The notes below the pieces were generated by a model, which was given only the letters and a program-made list of their open reading frames with translations, ran no database searches and was not told the origin of the DNA. Below are positions 1-10,400 of a stretch of 64,000 nt of DNA, piece after piece. Numbering within the stretch: the stretch's first letter is position 1; the number at the start of each line of letters is the position of its first letter. The translations under genes and the position numbers were made by a program. The stretch spans positions 256,001-320,000 of the forward strand of contig JBBCJC010000005.1 in the NCBI GenBank assembly GCA_037189525.1. Reading direction: 5' to 3'. This DNA comes from Gemmatimonadales bacterium (GTDB lineage Bacteria; Gemmatimonadota; Gemmatimonadetes; Gemmatimonadales; GWC2-71-9).

Positions 1-2580
1 CGGATTGCTCCGAATCACCTGCTCCCACTCGTCCAACGCCTCGGCAAACTGACCGAGCGCAGCGAGCGACATACCGCGGTGGAAGCGCGCCGTCGCCTGG
101 TCGGACACGAACTTGAGGACCCGGGTAAACGCGGTCAGCGCATCACGATGACGGCGTTCGTCGGCCAACGACCGGCCGAGCAGGACCAGGGCATCGGTCG
201 CGTAGGGCTCGACCAGCAGGAGGTCGACCAGCAGCTTGATGGCTTCGGCCGTTTTGCGCTGCCGGCGGAGCAGTTCTCCGAGAGCAAGTCCGGCGTCCAG
301 GTAGGTGGGCAGGACCGCGAGGGCTCGTTCGTAGGCAGCCTGCGCCAGGCCGAGTTCGCGGCGCTCTTCGCGCACCAGGCCGCTTTCGAACCAGGCCTGC
401 ACGTGCCCGGGGTCGAGCGCCACCGCCGCCTGGAGCGAACTCAAGGCTTCGTCGGAATCGCCCAGCTGGCGTCCGATCCGGCCGCGCAGCACCAGCAGAT
501 CCGCCCGCGCCGGCGCCAGCGCAATGGCGCCGAGCGCATCGTCCTGGGCGCCGTGGAGATCGTTCATGGTGAGACGAGCCCGGGCCCGCAACTCGAGCGG
601 CTCGGGCTCGCGCGGCCTGAGCCGCACCAGATCGTCGGCCAAGGCACGCGCTTCCTCCGCACGCCCCAACGCGAGCAGCGCTGCCGCTTCACCACGCAGG
701 ATGGCCGGATCGTCGGGCAGCTCCTGCCGGGCCTGGCGAAAGCGTTCGAGCGCCTCACCATGCAGACCGCGCCGGGCAAAGATCTCTCCCAGGAGCGCGA
801 TACCCGGCCCGGCAGGCCCGCCGCGCCGCAAGGTGCGATGCACTTCGGCGGCGGCCGACTCGAGCAGCCCCTTGGCAATCAGGTCACGGGCCACGTCGAA
901 CGGGTCGACCGCAGCCACCGCGGCCGCTTCATCGGGCGCCAGCGCGACGAACAAGTCGTCGAGCACGGCCGGATCGAAGGTGAAGTCTTCACCGACGGCT
1001 TCGAGCGTCACATCGGCCGCGAGGTTCGGAACGATCCCGACTGAGGTCTCGCTGAACTGCAACTCGATCGACAACGCGTATTTCTGGGGAACGTAGAACG
1101 GATCGATCTCCAGCGCGCGGCGGGTTTCCCGCAGCGCTTCGTCGAACGCGCCGAGCTGGCTCAATGCAAAACCGAGATTGTAGTGCGCCGGGGCGCAACT
1201 GGGATCGGACTCCACCGCGCGCCCGAAGGCGTTCCGGGCATCCGGAAAGCGCTTCAACTCCATCAGCACCAGGCCGATGCCGTTCCAGGCAATGGCGTGA
1301 TCCGGATCGGCGGCGAGCACGCCGCGATATCCGTCGAGAGCCGCCTGATAACGCTGCCGGTGAAAGTGGAACAGCGCCAGATTGAGCCGCGCGGCCTGCA
1401 GCCCCCCCTGCGCAGCAATGGCGCGCTCGAACGCGAGCCGGGCCGGTTCCACCTCCTGCTCCGCAGCCAGCAGTACGGCCAGGTTGTTCCAGGCGAGCGC
1501 GGCGTCGGCATCGAGCCGGACCGCTTCTTCGTACGCCGCGCGCGCCTCGGCCCGGCGACCGGCCTGGTGCAGCACCACGCCGCGCTCGTTCCAGAGCTTG
1601 GGATTCTCGGGATCCTGCTCGAGCAGCCGGCGATAGAGTTCGAGCGCTTCGCCGGTGTCCCGCTGCAGCAGGTGAATCTCGGCCATACCTTCGAGCGCCG
1701 GACGTTCGTCCTCTCCGGCTTCGAGCGCCAGACGGTACTCGCGCAACGCTTCGACGAAGTAACCCCGCCGCCGGAATGCCACCGCCAGGTTGAGATGCGC
1801 TTCGGTCGGACCGCTCGAAGCATCGGCGGGTTGAGCCGATTCGCGGGACGCGGGGCGCGCCTGATTGATCCGCAAGTTGGCCTGGGCCGACCCGAGCGAT
1901 GGGTTGAGCGTCACCGCGCGACGGGTCGCGGTCCGCGCCGCATCATGAAAACCGAGATCGCCATAGACGAAGCCGAGCAGATACTGGACATCGGCGTGTT
2001 CGGGATTGATCTGGGCCGCTTCGGTCAGCACTGTCAGCGCGCCGTCGACCAAGCCACGATTGTAGAGCGCCTGGCCGAGATAGAGGCGGGCCACGGTGCT
2101 GCGGGGGTCGATCTCGACGGCGCGCTGGAACCATTCGGTGGCCAGGTCGTGACGACCGCGGGCCTGTTCGACCAGGCCGAGCTGCACCAGCGCGGTCCCA
2201 TCCCTGGGGTTGCTGCGCAGCAGATCTTCGAACTGCTCGCTGGACCGGTCGTACTGGTGGAGGGCCAGATAGATCCGGCCGAGTTCGAGGCGCAATTGGC
2301 GATCGTCGGGGCGCCGGGCGATCTGCTCCCGCAGTTCCCCGATCCGGCGATCGTAGTAGCCGGTTTCGCGCTGGACGGTGTCGAGATTCTCCTGCGCCAC
2401 CCGCATGTGCGGGTCGAGTTCGAGCGCCCGGGTAAACGCGGCAATGGCCTCGGCCACCATGCCGCGATCGTAGTAGAGTACGCCGAGATTGTTGTGCGCG
2501 CCCGAATCGGACGGATCGATCCGCCGTGCCAGGGAGCGAAGCACTCCCAGGTCCCGTTCGGACGTCGCCTGATGGGCCAT
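1..2580 (-). CDS. Large tetratricopeptide-repeat (TPR) protein, 3' end truncated by window edge (>860 aa)
   Basis: Absent from the ORF track because there is no stop in the window. Manual translation from ATG at 2580 gives MAHQATSERDLGVLRSLARRIDPSDSGAHNNLGVLYYDRGMVAEAIAAFTRALELDP (TPR consensus). The same frame at 1-60 reads ALGQFAEALDEWEQVIRSNP. Starts 2 nt after the cheC stop; continuity was spot-checked only. Confidence 0.85.
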   Translation of the reverse strand, partial: MAHQATSERDLGVLRSLARRIDPSDSGAHNNLGVLYYDRGMVAEAIAAFTRALELDPHMRVAQENLDTVQRETGYYDRRIGELREQIARRPDDRQLRLELGRIYLALHQYDRSSEQFEDLLRSNPRDGTALVQLGLVEQARGRHDLATEWFQRAVEIDPRSTVARLYLGQALYNRGLVDGALTVLTEAAQINPEHADVQYLLGFVYGDLGFHDAARTATRRAVTLNPSLGSAQANLRINQARPASRESAQPADASSGPTEAHLNLAVAFRRRGYFVEALREYRLALEAGEDERPALEGMAEIHLLQRDTGEALELYRRLLEQDPENPKLWNERGVVLHQAGRRAEARAAYEEAVRLDADAALAWNNLAVLLAAEQEVEPARLAFERAIAAQGGLQAARLNLALFHFHRQRYQAALDGYRGVLAADPDHAIAWNGIGLVLMELKRFPDARNAFGRAVESDPSCAPAHYNLGFALSQLGAFDEALRETRRALEIDPFYVPQKYALSIELQFSETSVGIVPNLAADVTLEAVGEDFTFDPAVLDDLFVALAPDEAAAVAAVDPFDVARDLIAKGLLESAAAEVHRTLRRGGPAGPGIALLGEIFARRGLHGEALERFRQARQELPDDPAILRGEAAALLALGRAEEARALADDLVRLRPREPEPLELRARARLTMNDLHGAQDDALGAIALAPARADLLVLRGRIGRQLGDSDEALSSLQAAVALDPGHVQAWFESGLVREERRELGLAQAAYERALAVLPTYLDAGLALGELLRRQRKTAEAIKLLVDLLLVEPYATDALVLLGRSLADERRHRDALTAFTRVLKFVSDQATARFHRGMSLAALGQFAEALDEWEQVIRSNP

Positions 2581-2582
2581 GG

Positions 2583-3203
2583 CTATCGGATCGGGCGAAT
2601 CGAGTCGAAGATGGCGGTCAGCGACGCTACATCCGGCATCAGGATGAACTGCCCGTTGACCGACTCGTCGGAGCCGGCAATCCGGAAGGCGGTTTCGACG
2701 CAGATGACGTGATCACGCGAGTGGCCGAAGTTGAGGTAGGCGGTCGTCAACACCGCGCCGGCCTGATCTACCACCAGCGCAGGTACCGACGGCACCAGCA
2801 TCATGCCCATGAAGTCCGACAGCGCGTTGAGGTAGGCGCTGCAGAGGATGTTGCCCGTTTCCATCACGGTCGAGCGTTCCATCTCCGAGAACCCCGGCCC
2901 GCCGCTCGGCGAGCGCAGCAGGATGCTGCAGAGGGTCCGGGCCGAGACTTCGGGGAACACGAGCAGGGTCCGGCCGGTCAGGTCGCCCATCATGTGCATC
3001 AAGACTGCGGCGATGATCGTATCGGTCGGACCGAGCAGTTCGGCGGCTTCTTCGAGCCGCTTCACATCCACCTGCGGGACATCGATCATGATGGTGCGCC
3101 CGGTCATCTGCGACAGCGCCGTCGCGGCATGACCCGCGCCGATGTTCGCGATTTCCCGGAGGGCATCCCGCTGGGCCGCGGTCATCTCCCGTGCATCGAT
3201 CAT
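2583..3203 (-). CDS. cheC: Chemotaxis phosphatase CheC
   Basis: Two CheC active-site motifs: DALREIANIGAGHAATALS and STVMETGNILCSAYLNALSD; adjacent to cheA/cheY. Confidence 0.93.
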   Translation of the reverse strand: MIDAREMTAAQRDALREIANIGAGHAATALSQMTGRTIMIDVPQVDVKRLEEAAELLGPTDTIIAAVLMHMMGDLTGRTLLVFPEVSARTLCSILLRSPSGGPGFSEMERSTVMETGNILCSAYLNALSDFMGMMLVPSVPALVVDQAGAVLTTAYLNFGHSRDHVICVETAFRIAGSDESVNGQFILMPDVASLTAIFDSIRPIR

Positions 3204-3248
3204 CTCATCCTCGCCTTCCGCTAAGAGGCCGCGCCGCTGCCCGCCGCA

Positions 3249-4817
3249 TCAGAAAAACGCCGTCGGGTCGAGCACGAACGCCGGCGCGCCGTCCGCCAGG
3301 ATCGTGGCGCCGCTGACCCATCCCGGCAACGAGTCGGGCGCTTCGATCCGTTCCAGCAATACGTCATGCTGACCAAGCAGGGTGTCGACGGCGACGGCGC
3401 CGTCGCGGCTGCCCCATTCGAGCACCAGCACCGGCCGGCGGTTCGGGACCTCCGTCCGCCGGCGACCGACCAGCTCGGCCAGGTCGACGAACGGCACCGA
3501 CCGGTCCCGAAATGCGAAGCTGCCGTTGCCCGCCACCGTCTCGGTCCGCCCGGGCAAAACCGCCTCGCGCACCAGGCGGAACGGAATCGCGTACCGCTCC
3601 CCGTCCGCACCAACCAGCAAGACCCGCTGCACCGCCGTCGTCAGCGGCACCGTGATCTCGAAGACGGTGCCCCGCCCCGGCTCCGACCGGAGCCCGAGCG
3701 ACCCGCCGAGCGCCCGGACCTTCGAGGCCACCACATCGAGCCCGACGCCGCGCCCGGACACCTCCGTCACTTCGGCCTTGGTCGAGAACCCCGGGCGCAC
3801 CAGGAGCTGCAACACCTCGGCATCCGACAAGGTTTCGGGCGCCGCCGGCAGCAGTCCGCGTTCGACCGCGCGACGCACCACCGCATCGCGATCGACGCCG
3901 CGGCCATCGTCTTCGAGCCGAATCACGATCCACTCGCGCCGCCGCCCCGCGCCCAGTCGAAGGCTCGCTTCGGCCGGCTTGCCGGCGGCCACCCGATCCG
4001 CGGGCCGCTCGACCCCGTGGTCGACGGCGTTCCGCAGCAAGTGGATCAGCGGCTCGACTAGTTCCTCCAGCATGGCGCGATCGAGCTCGATACCTTCGCC
4101 GCCCAGTTCGAGGCGCGCCGGCTTGCCCAGCGACTCGCCCAGATCGCGCACCACCCGGGGAAAACGGCCGAACAGTTCCGACACCGGCGCCAATCGGGCC
4201 TTGATGACCAGGCCGTGCAGCGACCGCACCAGCGAATCGACCTGCCCCGACACCTGCTCCAGTTCCGGATCGGTCCGGGCCGCCACCAGATTGGCCAGCC
4301 GATTGCGCGCCACGACCAGCTCGCCGGCCGTCTGCAGCAGATCGTCGAGGCGATCCGGATCGACGCGCACCGGACGACGCTCGGTGCGCATCGGCGTCGG
4401 CGCCGCTGCAGGCGCGGCGGCCGGCGCCGCCACCGGGCTGCTGGTGGAGACGAGACGCGCGAGCGCCGCGACGACCTGATCGGCCTCGGGAATCGGCACT
4501 CCAGCCGTAGCGGGTTCGATTCCCTGCTCGAGCAGATCGACGGTCCGAAACAACGCGGCAACGACGGCGCGCGACGGCGCCAGTTCACCCCGCCGAACGG
4601 CCTCCAACAGGTGCTCGGCGCCGTGGGTCAGATCCACCACATCGCCGTACCCCATCGACGCCGCCGCGCCCTTCAGCGAATGAAAGGCCCGGAACAGTTC
4701 CGCCAACGGCGCCAGGTCCGCAAGATCCCGCTCCCAGCGCAGCAACTCCGCCGAGGCGCGGCGCAAATGCTCCCGGCCATCGGCCAGGAACAGCGCGGTG
4801 TACCGGCGCAGGTCCAC
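3249..4817 (-). CDS. cheA: Chemotaxis histidine kinase CheA (Hpt, dimerisation, HATPase, CheW-like; no evident P2 domain)
   Basis: Hpt FRAFHSLKG; HLLRNAVDHG; EDDGRG; GFST...VSGRGVGLDVV; C-terminal CheW-like SGATILADG. Confidence 0.93.
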   Translation of the reverse strand: MDLRRYTALFLADGREHLRRASAELLRWERDLADLAPLAELFRAFHSLKGAAASMGYGDVVDLTHGAEHLLEAVRRGELAPSRAVVAALFRTVDLLEQGIEPATAGVPIPEADQVVAALARLVSTSSPVAAPAAAPAAAPTPMRTERRPVRVDPDRLDDLLQTAGELVVARNRLANLVAARTDPELEQVSGQVDSLVRSLHGLVIKARLAPVSELFGRFPRVVRDLGESLGKPARLELGGEGIELDRAMLEELVEPLIHLLRNAVDHGVERPADRVAAGKPAEASLRLGAGRRREWIVIRLEDDGRGVDRDAVVRRAVERGLLPAAPETLSDAEVLQLLVRPGFSTKAEVTEVSGRGVGLDVVASKVRALGGSLGLRSEPGRGTVFEITVPLTTAVQRVLLVGADGERYAIPFRLVREAVLPGRTETVAGNGSFAFRDRSVPFVDLAELVGRRRTEVPNRRPVLVLEWGSRDGAVAVDTLLGQHDVLLERIEAPDSLPGWVSGATILADGAPAFVLDPTAFF

Positions 4818-4827
4818 GGACCTCGCC

Positions 4828-5190
4828 TCAGCCGAGCAGTCGCTGAACCGCTTCGAGGACGCGCGAAGGCTGAAACGGCTTGACCACGAAGTCCTTGGCC
4901 CCGGCCTGAATCGCCTCGACGACTAGGGCCTGCTGCCCCATCGCGCTGCACATCAGGATCTTGGCGCCCGGATCCTCTTTGCAGATGGCGCGAACTGCCT
5001 CGATCCCGCCCATGGTCGGCATCACGATGTCCATGGTTACGAGATCAGGCTTGAGCGCGGCATACTGGCGGACCGCCTGCTCGCCGGTTTCCGCTTCGCC
5101 GACCACCTCGAACCCGGCCTGGGTCAGGATATCGGCAATCATGGTCCGCATGAACATCGCGTCGTCGCAAACAAGCACCGTGTGGGCCAC
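4828..5190 (-). CDS. cheY: Chemotaxis response regulator CheY (about 120 aa)
   Basis: VLVCDDAMFMR...PDLVTMDIVMP...MCSAMGQ...DFVVKPF. Start reassigned to GTG at 5190, preceded by a GGGGAGG Shine-Dalgarno. Confidence 0.93.
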   Translation of the reverse strand: MAHTVLVCDDAMFMRTMIADILTQAGFEVVGEAETGEQAVRQYAALKPDLVTMDIVMPTMGGIEAVRAICKEDPGAKILMCSAMGQQALVVEAIQAGAKDFVVKPFQPSRVLEAVQRLLG

Positions 5191-5219
5191 GCGTTTCCTC
5201 CCCATCGACTCCGAGCGCG

Positions 5220-5609
5220 TCAGGCTGATCGGCCGAACACCGAGTCCAACGCGCCATCGAGATCCAGCCGAGCTATCGACGCATCCGCCGCCGCCAGCTC
5301 GAGTACCGCTTCGACTCCGAGTCCAACTCGCCCACCCCGGGCTCGCAACACGACGAGCCAGGGCGACGGTCCGGACCGCGCCGTCCGAATACCGAGCAGA
5401 TCGGCAGCGCGCACGATCGTAACGAGGGTACCGCGAATATTTGCGACACCCTCGACCGGAGATGCAACTCCCGGCACTCGGACCAGGGTCGTTTCCGTGC
5501 AAACTTCGAGCACGACCGCGACCGGAAGCGAGAACTGGAAATCGCCCACCCGACAGACCACGAGACGATCGCTCGTCGGCTTACCCTTCGGTGGCTCGAT
5601 AGAATCCAA
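5220..5609 (-). CDS. cheW: CheW-like coupling protein (short, divergent)
   Basis: VRVPGVASPVEGVANIRGTLVTIV matches the CheW consensus; lies upstream of cheY. Confidence 0.8.
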   Translation of the reverse strand: MDSIEPPKGKPTSDRLVVCRVGDFQFSLPVAVVLEVCTETTLVRVPGVASPVEGVANIRGTLVTIVRAADLLGIRTARSGPSPWLVVLRARGGRVGLGVEAVLELAAADASIARLDLDGALDSVFGRSA

Positions 5610-6582
5610 AATAGGTCAACCAATCAGGCGGATCAACTTGATCTGCAACGAGTTGCAGCGCCGGGACGAGGTCGGCCGGCCAGTCGCTCTGGAAATGCAG
5701 AGCCGCCTGGGTGATGGGATGCCGGAAGGCCAGGAGGGCCGCATGGAGGGCCTGGCGCGGGGTCGCGGCATCGACGCGTTCCGCCAGATTTCGGCCAGAC
5801 CCGGTAATCCGGCGCGCCCCGCCCCCGGCATAGACCGGATCGCCCACGACCGGGTGTCCAATATGTTGGAGGTGGACCCTGATCTGATGGGTCCGGCCGG
5901 TGTGTAGATCGGCCCGGACGAGGTCCGCCACGCCGAGCCGGGCCAGGACGCGGAAGTCGGTCCTGGCGGAACGCCCGTCCTGCCGCACCACCATCCGCTT
6001 CCGGTCGGTCGGGTGCCGGCCGATCGGCGCATCGACCCGCTCCGGCGAACGGTCCAGATGCCCCCAGACCAGCACGGCATAGGACCGTTTGACCTGCCGC
6101 GCGGCAATGGCCGCCCCCAGGCGCCGATGAGCCAGGTCGCTCTTGGCCACCACCATCAGGCCCGAGGTGTCGCGGTCGAGCCGGTGCACGATCCCCGGTC
6201 GCCCCTCCGCCCCGGGCGATAGTGCCGTGCCCCGCGCCACCAGTGCGTTAACGAGGGTGTCTTCCCAATGTCCCGGCGCCGGGTGAACCACCAGGCCGGC
6301 GGGTTTGTCGATGACCGCGAGATCGTCGTCTTCGTAGCAGACGGTCAGCGCAATCGGGTGGGGTGTGAGGGTGCGAGGAGGGGCCTCATCGCTCAGGTCG
6401 ACTTCGACCAGTTCGCGCGCCACGAGGAGGCGCGAGGCCCGGGCCACGGTGCCCGCCACGCGCACCTGTCCGGCGGCCACGATACGCGCGGCCTGGGTTC
6501 GCGAAAGATTCAGCTGATCGGCAAGAAAGCGGTCGATCCGCTCGGTGGCGGGCACGGCCACGGAAAACGTCAGCGTGGCCAG
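5581..6582 (-). CDS. rluD: RluA/RluD-family 23S rRNA pseudouridine synthase
   Basis: N-terminal S4 domain (RIDRFLA), DKPAGLVVHP, catalytic VHRLDRDTSG, TGRTHQIRVH. Start uncertain (CTG at 6582 or a downstream GTG). Confidence 0.88.
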   Translation of the reverse strand: MATLTFSVAVPATERIDRFLADQLNLSRTQAARIVAAGQVRVAGTVARASRLLVARELVEVDLSDEAPPRTLTPHPIALTVCYEDDDLAVIDKPAGLVVHPAPGHWEDTLVNALVARGTALSPGAEGRPGIVHRLDRDTSGLMVVAKSDLAHRRLGAAIAARQVKRSYAVLVWGHLDRSPERVDAPIGRHPTDRKRMVVRQDGRSARTDFRVLARLGVADLVRADLHTGRTHQIRVHLQHIGHPVVGDPVYAGGGARRITGSGRNLAERVDAATPRQALHAALLAFRHPITQAALHFQSDWPADLVPALQLVADQVDPPDWLTYFGFYRATEG

Positions 6583-6589
6583 GCAGACC

Positions 6590-7111
6590 TCACCCGGACC
6601 GCTGCTCGGCGGCCTTGGCTTCGCGCGCCAGCCGCGCATCCTCGAGCCAGAAGGAGATTGCGAGCGCGATCGCGCCGCAGCTCACGCCGATGTCGGCAAT
6701 GTTGAAGGTCGGCCAGCGGGTCGTGCCCACGCCGATATCGATGAAGTCCACTACCCCGGAGGCGTGACGCACCCGGTCGACGAGATTCCCGGCCGCGCCG
6801 CCGACGATGAACGCCGAGGCAAACTGCCGCAGCCATTCATTCCAGTCGGCCTGACGCGCCTTCCAGGTAATCCCGATGACGGCCGCGGCGGCAATCACGA
6901 GGAAAATCCAGCGAGAATACTCACCCAGGTGCAGGCTGAACGCCGCACCCGGGTTGTAAGCCAGACGCCAGCGGAACCACTGCCCCATCACTTCCACCGG
7001 CACGTACGGAACCAGGCTCGACTCCGCCCACTGCTTGGTGACGACGTCGAGCCCCAGCCACACGATGGCGAGCGGCCAGAAGATGCGATGCGGATTAGCG
7101 CCGCTTCGCAT
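6590..7111 (-). CDS. lspA: Lipoprotein signal peptidase II
   Basis: DVVTK, NPGAAFS, GAAGNLVDR, GVVDFI and FNIAD motifs; start placed at ATG 7111 (MRSGAN). Confidence 0.93.
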   Translation of the reverse strand: MRSGANPHRIFWPLAIVWLGLDVVTKQWAESSLVPYVPVEVMGQWFRWRLAYNPGAAFSLHLGEYSRWIFLVIAAAAVIGITWKARQADWNEWLRQFASAFIVGGAAGNLVDRVRHASGVVDFIDIGVGTTRWPTFNIADIGVSCGAIALAISFWLEDARLAREAKAAEQRSG

Positions 7112-7478
7112 CCTCTTCCTTCTCTTTGCAGCTGATGCAAAGCCGCGCATGCGGAAGCGCATCGAGCCGTTCGAAGCTGATCGGCTGGCCGCAGGTGTGG
7201 CACTGGCCGAAATTGTCGGGAGCGTTGTAGAGACGGCGCAGCGCCTGGTTCACATGCCAGAGATACCGTCCCTCCTGCGATGCGAAGAGGAACTGCTTTT
7301 CCCGCTCCATGGTATCGGTCCCCTGATCGGCCATATGGAACGAGTACGACGAGAGGTCGCCATCGGAGTTCTGCAGCGTCGAATTGAAGGTGTCGTCGTA
7401 GTACCCCAACTCCTTCATCACGCGGGCACGCTCATCGAGCAACCGCTGCTCGAGATGCTTGAGCTGTTCCTTGGTCAT
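7095..7478 (-). CDS. DksA/TraR C4-type zinc-finger protein
   Basis: Coiled coil with HMADQGTD tip; CHTC...ERLDALPHARLCISC. Confidence 0.9.
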   Translation of the reverse strand: MTKEQLKHLEQRLLDERARVMKELGYYDDTFNSTLQNSDGDLSSYSFHMADQGTDTMEREKQFLFASQEGRYLWHVNQALRRLYNAPDNFGQCHTCGQPISFERLDALPHARLCISCKEKEEDAKRR

Positions 7479-7495
7479 CGTGCTCCTCGGTGCGA

Positions 7496-10400
7496 CTAGG
7501 GCGCCGGCTCGGCGAGTCGCCTCACCGAGAGTAGCGCCTGGTGATCATCGATGCTCGCCTCGTCGCGCGCATCGGAAGGATCGAGGACCCGGCCGATTTC
7601 GAGTGACCGGGTCAAAGTTTCGTGCTGAATCAGTTCCGCGTGCTTCCGCACGGCGTCGAGAACGGCGGGACTGCCGTCGACGGCGAGCGTAATCCGGGTG
7701 GTGTAATCGTACCCGGCATCCTTGCGCAGCCGCTGGACCCGGTTGACGACCTCCCGAGCCAATCCTTCGGCCAGCAGGTCATCGGTCAGATGCGGATCGA
7801 GCGCGACCACGAACGGACCGGCACTCTGCACCAGCCAGTCGGTCGTCACTTCACGCTCGACCACGACATCCTCCGGCAACACCTCGACCGCCGCGCCATC
7901 CAGCAACACCTCGGCGGTTTGCCCCTCTTCCAGCCGGCGCAGTGCTTCGGCCGGCAACTGCCCGATCAACCCGGCCACCTCTGGGGTGCGCTTGCCGAAC
8001 CGCTTGCCGAGCGAGCGGAAGTTGGCTTTGGCCTTGAGACGCACCAGGTCCGCATCGGACGAGACGACGTCGATCCGCTTGACGTTGACTTCCTGGCTCA
8101 GCAACGCAAAGAGCGTCTCGAACCGGCCATTGGTTACCCCTTTGGGCAAGGCCACCCGCATGGTCGCGAGCGGCTGGCGCACCCGGCGATTCCCCGCCTC
8201 CCGCGCACTGCGGCCGAGCGATGCGAGCCGCCGCACACCGGCCATGGCGCGCTCGAGGTCGGCGTCGATGTCCGCCTGATTCGCAACCGGGAAATCGGCC
8301 AGATGCACCGAGGTGCCCGCCAGCGCACGGTGGAGCCAGTCGCTCGCGAAGGGGGCCGCCGGCGCCAAGAGGCGGGATACGACGACCAGACACTCCCGCA
8401 GCGTGGCAACCGCCGCGGGATCGGCCGTCCGGTCGGGAGCCCAGAACCGGGATCGGCTCTGACGCACATACCAGTTGGACAACTCCTCGACGAAATCCAT
8501 GACCGCTCGCACCGCGACGGTCGCATCGTAACCGTCATACGCAACGGTAACGTCACGGACGGTCGAGGCCAGCCGGCTCCGGACCCAGCGATCGAGTTCC
8601 GTCGGCGTCCCGCCTTCACCCTCCACCCCTTCGGCGTAGAGCGCCAGGAAGTTGTAGGTGTTGCGCAGCGTGTTGAGGAACCCGCCCACCGTGTCGGGGA
8701 TCTGGGCCCGATCGAACGGCTTGGGCAACCAGACCTGGCTGGAGGCCAGCAGATAGAGACGGACCTGATCGGCCCCGAACTCGCGCACCGCCTCCCAGGG
8801 GTCGACCGTGTTGCCCCGGCTCTTGGACATCTTCTGGCCCTTGGCATCGAGGACCAGCTCGTTGACCACGACGTTCCGGTACGGCGCGCGATCGAACACC
8901 GTGGTGGCAATCGCCAGCAGCGAATAGAACCAGCCGCGGGTCTGATCGATCCCTTCGCAGATGAAGTCGGCCGGGAAATGGCTGTCGAACTTGTCCCGGT
9001 TCTCGAAGGGATAGTGCCACTGCGCGTACGGCATCGACCCGGAATCGAACCAGGCGTCGATCACTTCGGGCACCCGCCGCATCGTGCCGCCGCCCGGCGC
9101 CGGCCAGGTGTAGGCGTCGATGAACGGCTTGTGCGGATCGAAGTCCTCGGGCAGCGCGCGGCCGACCTTTTCCGCCAGCTCCGCATAACTGCCGATCACC
9201 TCGACGACGCTCGGATCGGCGTCGGAGACCCAAACCGGTAACGGCGTGCCCCAGTAGCGATCGCGCGAGAGCGCCCAGTCGAGATTGTTGGCGAGCCACT
9301 CGCCGAACCGGCCGGTCCCCACCTCGGGCGGATGCCAACTGACCGTCTTATTGAGTTCGACCAGCCGATCTTTGACTGCCTGAGTGCGGACGAACCACGA
9401 GTCGCGCGCGTAGTAGATCAGCTTGCTCTTGCAGCGCCAGCAATGCGGATAGCTGTGGACGTACTGCTCGGTCTTGAGATGCAGCCCATCCGTCTTGAGC
9501 CGGCGAATGATCAGTTCGTTGGTGCTGTCGGCCGTGACCAGCTGGCCTTCGAGTTCGGGCCAGGTGGTGCCGGTAAAGGTGCCATCGGCCGCGACGGGCC
9601 GGAGCAAGGCCAGGCCGTCCCGCTGCCCCATGGCATAGTCGTCCGCACCAAACGCCGGCGCCAGATGCACGATACCGGAGCCGTCGTCGGCCGTCACGAA
9701 ATCGGCGCCGACGACGATGGAATGCGCCCGGTCGGCCGGCAGCGGCACCACGTCGAGCGGGCGGCGATAGCGCAATCCCACCAGCGCGCGACCTGGTACC
9801 ACGGCGCCGGCCTCGAGCTTCCCGCCACCGCCCAGGATGTCGTCCATGGCCGCTTCACGCGACGCGGCCGCAATGAAGGTGCGCCCCGGATGTCTGGGAT
9901 GGCGATACTCGCGGTACTCCAAATCGGGATGCACCGCCGCCGCGACGTTCGACGGCAAGGTCCATGGCGTCGTCGTCCAGACCACCAGTTCCCGACCGGA
10001 ACCGTCTTCCAGCGGAAAGGCGAGATAGATCGACTTGTCGGCCACCTCTTCGTAGCCGAGCGACAGCTCGTGGCTCGAGAGCGTGGTCCCGCAGCGCGGG
10101 CAGTACGGCAGCACCCGGTGGCCGCGCACCAGCAGCGACTTGTCGGCCAGCTGCTTGAGCAGCCACCAGACCGACTCGACGTAATCCTTGCTGTAGGTGA
10201 TGTAGGGCCGCTCGTAGTCGAGCCAGTAACCGATCCGATCCGAGAGCTGTTCCCACTCGCTCTGATAGGTGAAGACGCTCTCGCGGCAGAGCCGGTTGAA
10301 CGCCTCGACCCCGTAGGCCTCGATGTCCTTCTTGCCCGACAGGCCCAGCTTCTTTTCGACTTCGATTTCGACCGGCAGTCCGTGGGTATCCCAGCCCGCA

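Noticed and set aside
79..2712. Long plus-strand ORFs 79-1044 and 1183-2712, and similar long antisense ORFs elsewhere (e.g. 7622-9241, 14384-16381, 20134-21840, 25766-27445)
   Set aside because: They are codon-register shadows of real genes on the opposite strand in high-GC DNA and have no recognisable motifs.
4395..4440. Short GC-rich repeats (APAAAPAAAP) in cheA and Pro-rich repeats at the ftsH 3' end
   Set aside because: These are low-complexity protein linkers, not DNA repeat elements.
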